Positions 28,835 through 37,059 of a stretch of 64,000 bases of DNA are shown here, piece by piece. The translations under genes and the position numbers were made by a program. Below the pieces are notes generated by a model. That model was not told the origin of the DNA and ran no database searches. It worked only from the letters and a program-made list of their open reading frames with translations. The stretch lies in the NCBI GenBank assembly GCA_963777315.1, contig CAVZQC010000004.1:1-64000 (forward strand), read 5' to 3'. This stretch comes from Vulcanimicrobiota bacterium. Its GTDB lineage: Bacteria; Vulcanimicrobiota; Vulcanimicrobiia; Vulcanimicrobiales; Vulcanimicrobiaceae. The stretch's first letter is position 1. Each line of letters opens with the position of its first letter.

Positions 28835-29932
28835 GTGCATCCTCTGGACCGGCTCTACATCGAACGCGCCTGCGAACTGGCGCAGCGCGCAGCCGGAAGC
28901 ACCTCGCCAAATCCTCCGGTGGGCGCCGTCGTCGTCCGCGATGCAACGATTGCCGGCGAAGGCTATCATCATCGTGCGGGCGAGCCGCATGCGGAAGCGA
29001 ACGCGCTGCAGGCCGCGGGAGAACTGGCGCGCGGTGCGACGCTGTACGTTTCCCTGGAGCCCTGCAATCATCAAGGCCGCACGCCCCCATGCACGCATGC
29101 GATCGTGCGTTCCGGCGTAGCGCGGGTCGTTGCGGGGGTTGCCGATCCGGATCCAAGGACGAACGGAAGCGGCGTACGGTATCTGCGCGGTCGCGGCGTG
29201 GCCGTCGACGTGTGCGACGATGCCGGAGCGATCGCGCTGATCGAACCGTTCGCTCGCGCGGTTCGCGCGATGCGTCCGTATGTTTCGCTCAAGATGGCGA
29301 TGTCGCTCGACGGCTACGTTGCCGCTCGGCCGAACGGCCGCGAATGGCTGACGGGATCGCAGGCATTCGATCTGGTTCGCGATATGCGCATCGCTCACGA
29401 TGCCGTCGTTGTGGGAGCCGGTACGGTTCGCGTCGACAATCCGCAACTGACCGTGCGGCCGCCGCACCACCGCTTGCGCGAGTACGTTCGCGTCGTTGCA
29501 TGCGAAAACGATGCGGTCGATCCCGGCAGCGCGATCTTCATGCCCCGGGAAGGCTACGCGAAAACGATCGTTCTTGCTCCGGGCGGCGCGCGCGCGCGTT
29601 TTTCGGCGCTGGAATCCGTTGCCGAGATCGTCTTGATCGGCACGCGCGATTGTATGCAGCTTGACCTGTCGGCTGCACTGCAAGCGCTGCGCGAGCGCGG
29701 AATATCCAGCGTGCTGTGCGAAGGCGGTCCCACCATGGCAGCGCACTTGTTCGAAGAAGGTTTGGTGGACCGATTTCACTGGCTCATCGCGCCGCGTTTG
29801 CTGCGCTCGCAAACGTCGGTTCCGGTCTTGAGTTCGGGCTCGCTGAGCGGCCTGCGGGGCCTTCGATTCGATCGCGTCGAACAGCTGGGAGAAGATGTGC
29901 TCGTTTCCGGAATCGTCGACGCTGATGTTTAG
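28835..29932 (+). CDS. ribD: riboflavin deaminase/reductase
   Basis: PNPPVGAVVV, HAE, LEPCNHQGRTPPC, SLDG, EGGP. Confidence 0.96.
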   Translation: MHPLDRLYIERACELAQRAAGSTSPNPPVGAVVVRDATIAGEGYHHRAGEPHAEANALQAAGELARGATLYVSLEPCNHQGRTPPCTHAIVRSGVARVVAGVADPDPRTNGSGVRYLRGRGVAVDVCDDAGAIALIEPFARAVRAMRPYVSLKMAMSLDGYVAARPNGREWLTGSQAFDLVRDMRIAHDAVVVGAGTVRVDNPQLTVRPPHHRLREYVRVVACENDAVDPGSAIFMPREGYAKTIVLAPGGARARFSALESVAEIVLIGTRDCMQLDLSAALQALRERGISSVLCEGGPTMAAHLFEEGLVDRFHWLIAPRLLRSQTSVPVLSSGSLSGLRGLRFDRVEQLGEDVLVSGIVDADV

Positions 29933-30515
29933 CGGGTTGATCGCGTATCGCGGCAGAGTGCTGCAGAGGACGGTTTTCGAAGAGGGCGGCCTGCTGTTGC
30001 GCGTGCAATGCGAAGGAGCTTCGCATGAGGACGCTCGAGCAGGCGATTCGATTGCCCTCAACGGCGTTTGCCTGACGGCAGTACGCGTCCAAGGGGATGC
30101 GGTCGATTTTCAGGTCCTTCCCGAGACGGTGAACCGTTCGAATTTGGGTTCGCTGAGCGAAGGGGACGCCGTCAACGTCGAATACTCGCTTCGCTTGGGT
30201 GATCGCATCGGCGGTCACTTCGTCTACGGACACGTCGACGCGGCCGCGGAGGTGCTCGGCCGCGTATCCGAAGGGCAGGGCGAACGCATGCGCATTGCGC
30301 TCGATGAGCGCCTCCAGCGGTATGTTTGCGAAAAGGGGTTCGTGAGCGTCGACGGCGTGAGCGTGACGGTCGCGGCGACGGGGCTGAACTGGTTCGAGCT
30401 CGCGCTCATTCCTGAAACGCTGCGCCGCACGACGCTCGGCTCGCGCCGGCTCGGCGAGCGCGTAAACCTGGAAATCGATCCGCTCGCGCGATATGCCGCT
30501 CATGCCCCAGTATAG
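29925..30515 (+). CDS. ribE: riboflavin synthase
   Basis: MFSGLI, GDSIALNGVCLT, GGHFVYGHVD, KGFVSVDGVSVT, VNLEID. Confidence 0.95.
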   Translation: MFSGLIAYRGRVLQRTVFEEGGLLLRVQCEGASHEDARAGDSIALNGVCLTAVRVQGDAVDFQVLPETVNRSNLGSLSEGDAVNVEYSLRLGDRIGGHFVYGHVDAAAEVLGRVSEGQGERMRIALDERLQRYVCEKGFVSVDGVSVTVAATGLNWFELALIPETLRRTTLGSRRLGERVNLEIDPLARYAAHAPV

Positions 30516-30948
30516 AGACACCACGCCGCAGGGTGCGCGCGTATTTGAAACGCAAGTCATGGTGCAGTGGGCCGACGTGGACGTTGCGGGCATCATGTAC
30601 TTCGCGGCTTACCAGCGCGCCATCGAGCGCGCGGAGATGGATTTTTTCGGCGAACTGGGATTACCGTACAGCTCGATCTTCGAAACGTACGACATTTGGC
30701 TGCCCCGCGTGCATGTCGAAGCCGATTACCACAAGCCGGCGATGATGGGCGACTGGCTCACGCTGCGCACGCATTTACAGGCAGTGGGAGCGTCCTCGAT
30801 CCGCTGGCAGACCGTCGTTCACAACGATCGTACCGGCGAAGCCGGAGCGGTGTTCGAACTCATCGTTGCGTGCATGGATCGGCGCACGCACAAGAGCCGC
30901 CCGCTGCCCGCGCAATTGCGTTCCGCGCTGGTCGCATGTCTGGGATGA
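30493..30948 (+). CDS. acyl-CoA thioesterase (4HBT/YbgC-like)
   Basis: VQWADVDVAGIMYF hotdog-fold motif. Confidence 0.88.
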   Translation: MPLMPQYRDTTPQGARVFETQVMVQWADVDVAGIMYFAAYQRAIERAEMDFFGELGLPYSSIFETYDIWLPRVHVEADYHKPAMMGDWLTLRTHLQAVGASSIRWQTVVHNDRTGEAGAVFELIVACMDRRTHKSRPLPAQLRSALVACLG

Positions 30949-31970
30949 TGCGCTGCGCCGTGCTGGTGGAACCCAAACGGATCGAGTTGCGCGAGGTGCC
31001 CATTCCGGACGCGCCGCCGGGGGGAATCGTCGTTCGCGTTCACGCCGCCTTGACCGACGGAACGGATCTCAAAGCCTATCGCCGAGGCCATCCGCACATG
31101 CCCATGCCTACGCGATTCGGCCACGAATTTTGCGGAAACGTCGCAGCAGCCGGCGCGGGCGTCGACAAATTCACCGCCGGAGACGGCGTGATGTGCGTGC
31201 ATTCCGCGCCGTGCGGGCGCTGCTTTTGGTGCGAGCGCGACCAAGAGGAGCTGTGCGAATCCGTGATGACGACGATGATACTGGGCGCGTACGCGCAGTA
31301 TATCGAGGTGCCTGCCCGCATCGTCGAACGCAATTGCTATCCTAAACCGCCTGAATTATCGTATGCCGCCGGTGCGTTTTTGGAGCCGCTTGCGTGCGTG
31401 GTACATTCGGTGGAAGTCGTGAATCCGCGCGCCGGCGACACGGTGCTCGTCATCGGCGACGGCGGGTTCGGACAGCTTCACGCGATGCTGCTTGCTTTGC
31501 ACGGCGCGCGTGTGGTGCTCGCGGGTCGTCGCAGCGAGCGGCTTGCGCTGGGCTTACGGCTGGGCGCGCGGCACGCCGTCAATCTGCGCGAATCCGATCT
31601 GCAGGAGCGCATCGCCGCGCTTACGCACGGCCGCGGCGTAGATGCAGCGATCGAATGTACCGGCGCAAAGCAGGTATGGGAAGCGGCGCCGGCTCTCGTG
31701 CGGCGCGGCGGAACCGTGTCCTTTTTCGGTGGATTGCCGTGGGGCGAGCGTGTATCGTTCGACGCCGCGCGCATCCATTACGATGAGGTTCGTCTGGTCG
31801 CTCCGTTCCATTTTCGCCCGGCGTCGGTTCGGCTTTCGCACGAACTGCTCGCCGGCGGAGCGATCGATCCCACCGCATTAATCACTGCAAGCGTGCCGCT
31901 CGCGCAGATCGAGGGCGTCTTCGAGCGGCTCGACGTCGGCGACGGTATCAAGTTCGCGATAGTGCCATGA
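30945..31970 (+). CDS. zinc-dependent dehydrogenase (MDR family)
   Basis: FGHEF, CGRCFWC...C, EPLAC, GDGGFG. Confidence 0.9.
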   Translation: MMRCAVLVEPKRIELREVPIPDAPPGGIVVRVHAALTDGTDLKAYRRGHPHMPMPTRFGHEFCGNVAAAGAGVDKFTAGDGVMCVHSAPCGRCFWCERDQEELCESVMTTMILGAYAQYIEVPARIVERNCYPKPPELSYAAGAFLEPLACVVHSVEVVNPRAGDTVLVIGDGGFGQLHAMLLALHGARVVLAGRRSERLALGLRLGARHAVNLRESDLQERIAALTHGRGVDAAIECTGAKQVWEAAPALVRRGGTVSFFGGLPWGERVSFDAARIHYDEVRLVAPFHFRPASVRLSHELLAGGAIDPTALITASVPLAQIEGVFERLDVGDGIKFAIVP

Positions 31971-32983
31971 CGCCGAAGAGAATGCAAGCCGCCGTGCTGT
32001 ACGACGTCGACGACATTCGCATCGAGGAGCGCGACGTCCCGGCGATCGGCCCCGGAGAATTGCTCGTGCAAACACGCGCGAGCGGCATCTGCACCGGCGA
32101 TGTAATGGGTTGGTACATTCGCCGCAAAGCTCCGCTGGTGCTGGGGCACGAGCCGGCCGGCGTGATAGCAGCGGTAGGGAGTGATGGAGCGCAGCACGGC
32201 TTCAAGGTCGGCGATCGCGTCTTCGTGCACCATCACGCGCCATGCTTGGAGTGCCGCGCGTGTGCGCGAGGCGATTACGTCCAATGCGCGACGTGGCGCA
32301 AAACCGCGATCGTTCCGGGTGGACTGGCTGAATATTTCCGCGTTCCGGCAGAAAACGTGGCGGACACGCTGCGGTTGCCGGACAGCGTACCCTTTGCGGA
32401 TGCCGCTTTGGTCGAGCCGCTGGCCTGCGTCGTGAAGTCGCTGCGGCGCAGCGGTCTGCGGCGCGGCGATCGAATGCACGTTATCGGGCTGGGCGTGATG
32501 GGCCTCATGCACGCACTCGTCGGCCGGCACATGGGCGCGGACGTTTCAGGCACTGACTTTCTGGAAGACCGGCGCGCATTTGCCCGAGGTTTGGGCGTGC
32601 GCGAAATGGCGCCGTCCGAACCGTTCGACGGTGCCGACGTCGTAATTTGTGGTCCCGGTTCCGCTCAAGCCTTGCGCGATGCGATTGCCGCCGCGGCGCC
32701 GGCCGGAACCGTGGTGATGTTTGCGCCGATCGAACCCGGCGTAGCACTCACCCTGGACCCAAACGATTTGTACTTTCGCGATATTCGTCTTATTGCCAGC
32801 TACTCGTGCGGACCTAACGATACGCGCGAGGCGTTGAATCTGATTATGCGCCGTGTGGTCACGGCGCAGCTCTTGGGCGCGGTGCTGTATCCGCTGAACG
32901 AAACTGCGCAGGCCTATTCGGCACTGCGCAGCTGCGAAATCACCAAGCCGATCGTAACGTTTCAGCCGTCGCTTTTCGACTAA
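31967..32983 (+). CDS. zinc-dependent dehydrogenase (MDR family)
   Basis: GICTGD, LGHE, CLECRAC...C, EPLAC, GLGVMG. Confidence 0.9.
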   Translation: MTPKRMQAAVLYDVDDIRIEERDVPAIGPGELLVQTRASGICTGDVMGWYIRRKAPLVLGHEPAGVIAAVGSDGAQHGFKVGDRVFVHHHAPCLECRACARGDYVQCATWRKTAIVPGGLAEYFRVPAENVADTLRLPDSVPFADAALVEPLACVVKSLRRSGLRRGDRMHVIGLGVMGLMHALVGRHMGADVSGTDFLEDRRAFARGLGVREMAPSEPFDGADVVICGPGSAQALRDAIAAAAPAGTVVMFAPIEPGVALTLDPNDLYFRDIRLIASYSCGPNDTREALNLIMRRVVTAQLLGAVLYPLNETAQAYSALRSCEITKPIVTFQPSLFD

Positions 32984-32986
32984 AAC

Positions 32987-33559
32987 CTACGCGACGGGTT
33001 TGCCGGTTTGCCAAACCGATGCGATCTGCGCCCGGCTTGCCGCCACGTCGGTGGATGTAATGGGCAGCCCGGTTTGCTGGAGATCGCGCACGACAACCTC
33101 GGGCATAGCGCGTCCGATGTCCATGATGGTTTCGGCGTAGTCGCGCATGTGACGTTCCGCCAACTGAGCAATCTCCGGCGCCCCGTACGCATTTGCGGTC
33201 GAGAGGAGCATGCCGTAGGAAACAGTGCATAGCGAAAGCGCGGTGTAATCGTCGCGCAACGCTTTGGCGATCTTCGTTTTGCGCATTTTGTCGATCGCGC
33301 TTGCAAACCACCCTTCAATGCTCGAAACGGTGCCCTTGACCGCATGCGCCTCGTGACCGCCCGCGGCGGCAAGCGCCGAACGCAGCGACTGAATGTGCGC
33401 GTTGGATAGGTCACTCAAGCGCCGAAGGAGCGCATCGGCCCCGGGATAGTCGGGAAGGTCTTGGTCGTTGAGCTGCGTCTCGAACGGCACGCGCACGTGC
33501 TCTTCGAGTGCCAGCATGTCGCTGATATACGTCTGTAAACTGTGTTGAATGTCGGCCAT
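32987..33559 (-). CDS. ferritin-like (DUF892-like) protein
   Basis: YISDMLALEEH...H...ALRDDYTAL...YGML helical-bundle pattern. Confidence 0.7.
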   Translation of the reverse strand: MADIQHSLQTYISDMLALEEHVRVPFETQLNDQDLPDYPGADALLRRLSDLSNAHIQSLRSALAAAGGHEAHAVKGTVSSIEGWFASAIDKMRKTKIAKALRDDYTALSLCTVSYGMLLSTANAYGAPEIAQLAERHMRDYAETIMDIGRAMPEVVVRDLQQTGLPITSTDVAASRAQIASVWQTGKPVA

Positions 33560-33844
33560 AGTCCAGACCCCTTACCCAACTCGGCTCCTGCGCCTTGAAT
33601 GGCTGGGAAATAATGCCGGCTACCAGCCGCTCGCATGCACTTGGCGCGCCGACGGGACCTTGTTACGTGGCTTGGCTGCAAGCGGACTGCTGTACTGACG
33701 TTGGCGTGCTTGCGGGGCTCCAGCTCAGCCGAACGCAGAAACCCCACGCAGGACGGCTTGGGCTGAGGGAAACCCCACAAGAAGGGCAAGTCAAGGGAGC
33801 GCCACCTTCAAGACCGTCCGCCGCTTGGGCAGGTTTTGTACGAT

Positions 33845-33870
33845 AAAAGCGACTTAACAGGCGCTTTTTT
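33845..33870. terminator. bidirectional-type terminator
   Basis: AAAAGCG-N10-CGCTTTTTT. Confidence 0.55.
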
Positions 33871-34140
33871 GTGCAGCGTGCCGATTTTGTGAGCAGGCGA
33901 ACAAGGGGACTGGCTTTAGCCAATCCCCATCCGTAACTTCAAGAACGTCAACCTGCTGGAAAGAGCATGAACTAGAAGGGGCTGTTTCGCAAGACCGATT
34001 ATACCGCGGGCTCATCGTTAAGCGTCGGCTCAATAAACGCGGACGACTGCAGAGCCTGCACTCCCACACGATAAGGGGCGCTTTTTGAACGTGAGGTCGG
34101 CGCGCTGCGAACGCGATGGATAGTCTATGCGTCTACCGAC

Positions 34141-34308
34141 AAGCGGGGAATTTGCCCGGTCTGTAAGGGGCACTTCGATATAGGCGACATGGACGCCGAT
34201 CATATTACCTATGGAGTCGAGTAAGGCGGCAAGACAGTGAGTGAGAACTGTCAGATGCTTTGCAAGCCCGATAATAGGGCCAAAGGCGGCAGGTGGTCCG
34301 GCAAGTAA
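34141..34308 (+). pseudogene. HNH endonuclease domain remnant
   Basis: KRGICPVCKGHFDIGDMDADHITYGVE*GGKTVSENCQMLCKPDNRAKGG; in-frame TAA at 34222; no upstream body. Confidence 0.8.
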
Positions 34309-34317
34309 GCCCGGTGT

Positions 34318-34353
34318 TGTCATATTGACAGCATTGGATAATCCTGATATTCT
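34318..34353 (+). promoter_or_regulatory. higBA promoter with palindrome
   Basis: TTGACA-N17-TATTCT ending 6 nt before GTG 34360; inverted repeat TGTCA-TAT-TGACA over the -35 box. Confidence 0.75.
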
Positions 34354-34359
34354 CGGTCC

Positions 34360-34647
34360 GTGAGGATGTTGGGCGGCGTTGAATTGCAAGCCGGCGCGCG
34401 CAAACACGCAGATGCCGCCAAGCCGTTGTCGCTTTGGCGAAAAATCGTCTTGAGCGCACGATGGGAGTCGCTCGTGCAGTTGCACGGGGACTTTCCATCG
34501 GCCGACTACGTTAGGCCGTTCACGGTGTTTAATATTGGGGGCAACAAGTACCGCCTGATAGCCGTCGTAGACTACGCCGACGGCGTGGTGACGATTCGAG
34601 CGTTCCTAACTCACGCTGAATACACGAAGGGTAGGTGGAAAAAATGA
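34360..34647 (+). CDS. higB: HigB-family toxin
   Basis: FPSADYV, TVFNIGGNKYRLIAVVDY, FLTHAEY. Confidence 0.93.
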   Translation: MRMLGGVELQAGARKHADAAKPLSLWRKIVLSARWESLVQLHGDFPSADYVRPFTVFNIGGNKYRLIAVVDYADGVVTIRAFLTHAEYTKGRWKK

Positions 34648-35052
34648 CGGCTGTAGCAGAACGAGAGTACGGAGCTTTGCTCCAAGAGCGACGCCCGCAC
34701 GTGATTCGCTCGAAACGCGCGTACAGCGAAGCGATGCGCGAAATAGAGGCATTGGCGATTCGCGGCAGCGCGCGTTCGTCTGCGGAGACGGAATACTACC
34801 GGGTTCTCTGCGCCTTGGTGGCGGACTACGAACGCTCCGTTGGCGCGGATGAGTGGGAAGTCGAGATGGCGCCGCTCGAAGCGTTGCGAGAGCTTATGGA
34901 GCTGAAAGGGCGTTTCTCAGGCGCAAGTGGCGGAAGCCATCGGGGATCGCGGAAACACGTCGGCTATTCTCAGCGGGCGGAGAAAAATCAGCAAAGCGCA
35001 GGCAAAGGTGCTTGCGAAGCTTTTCCGAGTGGACGCCGGGCTATTTATTTAG
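34644..35052 (+). CDS. higA: HigA-family antitoxin (frameshift near 34905-34910)
   Basis: PHVIRS...ALVADYE...PLEALRELME, then the HTH SQAQVAEAIG...SAILSGRRKISKAQAKVLAKLF in the next frame. Confidence 0.85.
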
Positions 35053-35201
35053 GGCGGTGCTTTCCCGTTCCCGAGCGTCTGCACACAAAATTCGCGCCAC
35101 TGCATACAAAAAGGGAGCCCGCCGAGCCATTTTCTGTGCAAAGCCGACCTGACTCACCAGGGTGCCACACAGGTGGAACAGCCCAAGTATAGGCTTGGAG
35201 C

Positions 35202-36512
35202 ATGGAAACGCCGACCACTCTCCTCCAAGCCGTGACATTCTTTTCCGATCCCGAGCGAGCGTTTGAGTACGCGGTTAAACTGCGCTGGCCGAACGGTATC
35301 GCGTGCCCGCGCATGGGCTGCGGATCGGCAGCGGTACAGTTTATCTCGACCCGCAAGATTTGGCGCTGCAATGAGTGTAAGCGACAGTTTTCCGTAAAAA
35401 CCAAAACTATCTTTGAGGAATCCCCCCTGTCGTTCACCAAATGGCTTCCGGCGATTTGGTTCCTGGCGAATACCAAGAACGGCACATCCTCGCACGAACT
35501 TGGCCGCGCCCTGGGCGTAACGCAGAAAACGGCGTGGTTCATGTTCCATCGTATTCGCGAAGCCATGAAAACGGACGACGGCGCAGCCTTTTCCGGCGAG
35601 GTCGAAGCGGACGAAACCTTCGTCGGCGGCAAAACGCGCACGAATTACTTTTCGCGCAGCGGCTTTCGCAAACTCAAGCACGGACCGGCGACCGGCAAAA
35701 CGACGGTCTTCGGCATGGTTGAGCGCAGCGCCCAGAAAAAACACAGCCGCGTTCGCGCCTTCGTCGTTCCGAACCACAAGGCGTCCGTCTTGTTGCCCAA
35801 GATTTACGCGAACGTCGAGCTCGGCTCGGTTCTCTATACCGACGCCCTTCGGTCGTATCGGCAAGTCGTTCCCGACTACGTTCACGCCTTCGTGGACCAC
35901 TCTATCCGCTACGTTGACGGCCACGTTCATACGAACTGCATCGAAAACTTTTGGTCGTGCCTCAAGCGGACAATCAAGGGGACGTACATCGCTCCGCGTC
36001 CGTTCCACTTAGACCGCTACATCGACGAACAGGTGTTCCGCTTCAATGCCCGCGAGGGCGACGACGCGCAGCGGTTCCTGAATGTACTCAAGAACAGCGA
36101 CGGCAGGCGTGTGACGTATAACGTCTTGCGGAACGAGAACGCGAAACTGCGCGAGGGCAGCGCGGACCTATTCATCAGCCTCCGGCTCTTCCTCGGTAAT
36201 CTCGTCGGTATCGTCGCCGTCTTCTTTTGGGGCCTGGAACAGTTTTCGGCCCAAGTCCTCGAATCGCTTCATGGCTTCATCGCCGTTTACATCGTCATTC
36301 ATTTCGTGCACCTACTGCTCGTCTTTCGGCACAAAGTAGATCAACTTGTACATGACACCGAACCCGGTTTGGCGGCGCGAGCCGTTGCCTTGCACCTCAA
36401 ACCGGCTAATGCGAAACTGAATATGCCTTTCCCCGGGAGCAAGCGCCAAAAAAGGACCACGAGAACATGCCGCCCTGAGATTGGTCGACATAGCCATTAT
36501 TTTCGATACTGA
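35202..36512 (+). CDS. IS1595-family (ISXO2-like) DDE transposase
   Basis: RWPNGIACP..C...WRCNEC zinc ribbon, VTQKTAWFMFHRIREAM, VEADETFVGG, YTD, VHTNCIENFWSCLKR, YIDEQVFRFN; last ~110 codons are run-on over antisense genes. Confidence 0.93.
   Translation: METPTTLLQAVTFFSDPERAFEYAVKLRWPNGIACPRMGCGSAAVQFISTRKIWRCNECKRQFSVKTKTIFEESPLSFTKWLPAIWFLANTKNGTSSHELGRALGVTQKTAWFMFHRIREAMKTDDGAAFSGEVEADETFVGGKTRTNYFSRSGFRKLKHGPATGKTTVFGMVERSAQKKHSRVRAFVVPNHKASVLLPKIYANVELGSVLYTDALRSYRQVVPDYVHAFVDHSIRYVDGHVHTNCIENFWSCLKRTIKGTYIAPRPFHLDRYIDEQVFRFNAREGDDAQRFLNVLKNSDGRRVTYNVLRNENAKLREGSADLFISLRLFLGNLVGIVAVFFWGLEQFSAQVLESLHGFIAVYIVIHFVHLLLVFRHKVDQLVHDTEPGLAARAVALHLKPANAKLNMPFPGSKRQKRTTRTCRPEIGRHSHYFRY
36168..36302 (-). 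CDS. small acidic protein (44 aa) facing the transposase
   Basis: AGGTG RBS; MNDDVNGDEAMKRFEDLGRKLFQAPKEDGDDTDEITEEEPEADE. Confidence 0.6.
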   Translation of the reverse strand: MNDDVNGDEAMKRFEDLGRKLFQAPKEDGDDTDEITEEEPEADE

Positions 36513-36969
36513 TCGGCGGTCGAAACATGTACGAACGGACCGGCTCAATGTGCCAATAGATGTGAAGTTTACCCTGCGCCGGAAAAACGAAATCGGCTTG
36601 CAGTTCTTGGCCGAATGGATATTGCAAGGGGAATTGATCGATCCAGGGCAACTTCTTTAGGTTGAAATCCCACAGAAGCGATTGCTCCTGAACCGCTTGG
36701 ACGCGAGCGTTGTGCGCCGTCCAACGCTCTACAGTGCTGTTTTTTGGGTGGGACAGCGAATAGAACCCAAGCGCGCAAAGGACTAGGCTTGCAAGGGACA
36801 GCGCCAGCATGACTTTTTCTCTGCCCGTGGGCCGCTCAAGGAGCCCGGCCTTAGCCACGAACTTCTTCGCAACCCGATGGTCGATGCGGAAATAGGCGAG
36901 CGGAGCACCTAGGGCGCCGATAATTGCCAGAATAAATTCGATGTGCGCCGCCATGCTGGCTAGGTCCAT
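36312..36969 (-). CDS. hypothetical membrane-anchored passenger protein (probable frameshift at the 6-nt homopolymer 36448-36453)
   Basis: Two N-terminal TM segments; removing one T joins ...GGMFSWSF to LALAPGERHIQFR... Confidence 0.55.
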
Positions 36970-37022
36970 ATATCGCGAGGCGCTTAAATCCGCTTGGTGA
37001 GTCAGGGAGTCAGGTATATCAA

Positions 37023-37053
37023 CTTGACAATTGTTAAGCCCGCGGCGTAACCT
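37023..37053 (+). promoter_or_regulatory. ribBA promoter with overlapping palindromic operator candidate
   Basis: TTGACA (37024-29)-N18-TAACCT (37048-53)-N6-GTG; CTTGACAATTGTTAAG (37023-37038) is self-complementary at 14/16 positions. Confidence 0.75.
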
Positions 37054-37059
37054 TTTGGC

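Larger units (their letters stand above)
35148..37023. mobile_element. IS1595-family element with passenger ORFs
   Basis: Transposase plus inverted 12-mer CCTGACTCACCA (35148-35159) / TGGTGAGTCAGG (36995-37006); right end GAGTCAGG-GAGTCAGG-TATATC; exact ends uncertain, no target duplication found. Confidence 0.7.

Noticed and set aside
33738..33778. GAAACCCCAC repeat as a CRISPR remnant
   Set aside because: Only two 10-nt copies 31 nt apart and no cas genes; no CRISPR array seen in the window
34222..34224. Stop-codon recoding in the HNH fragment
   Set aside because: The stop is TAA, the local motif is scrambled and the gene body is missing, so this is decay
36970..37059. FMN riboswitch upstream of ribBA or ribD
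   Set aside because: No RFN consensus and no room for a leader at either gene
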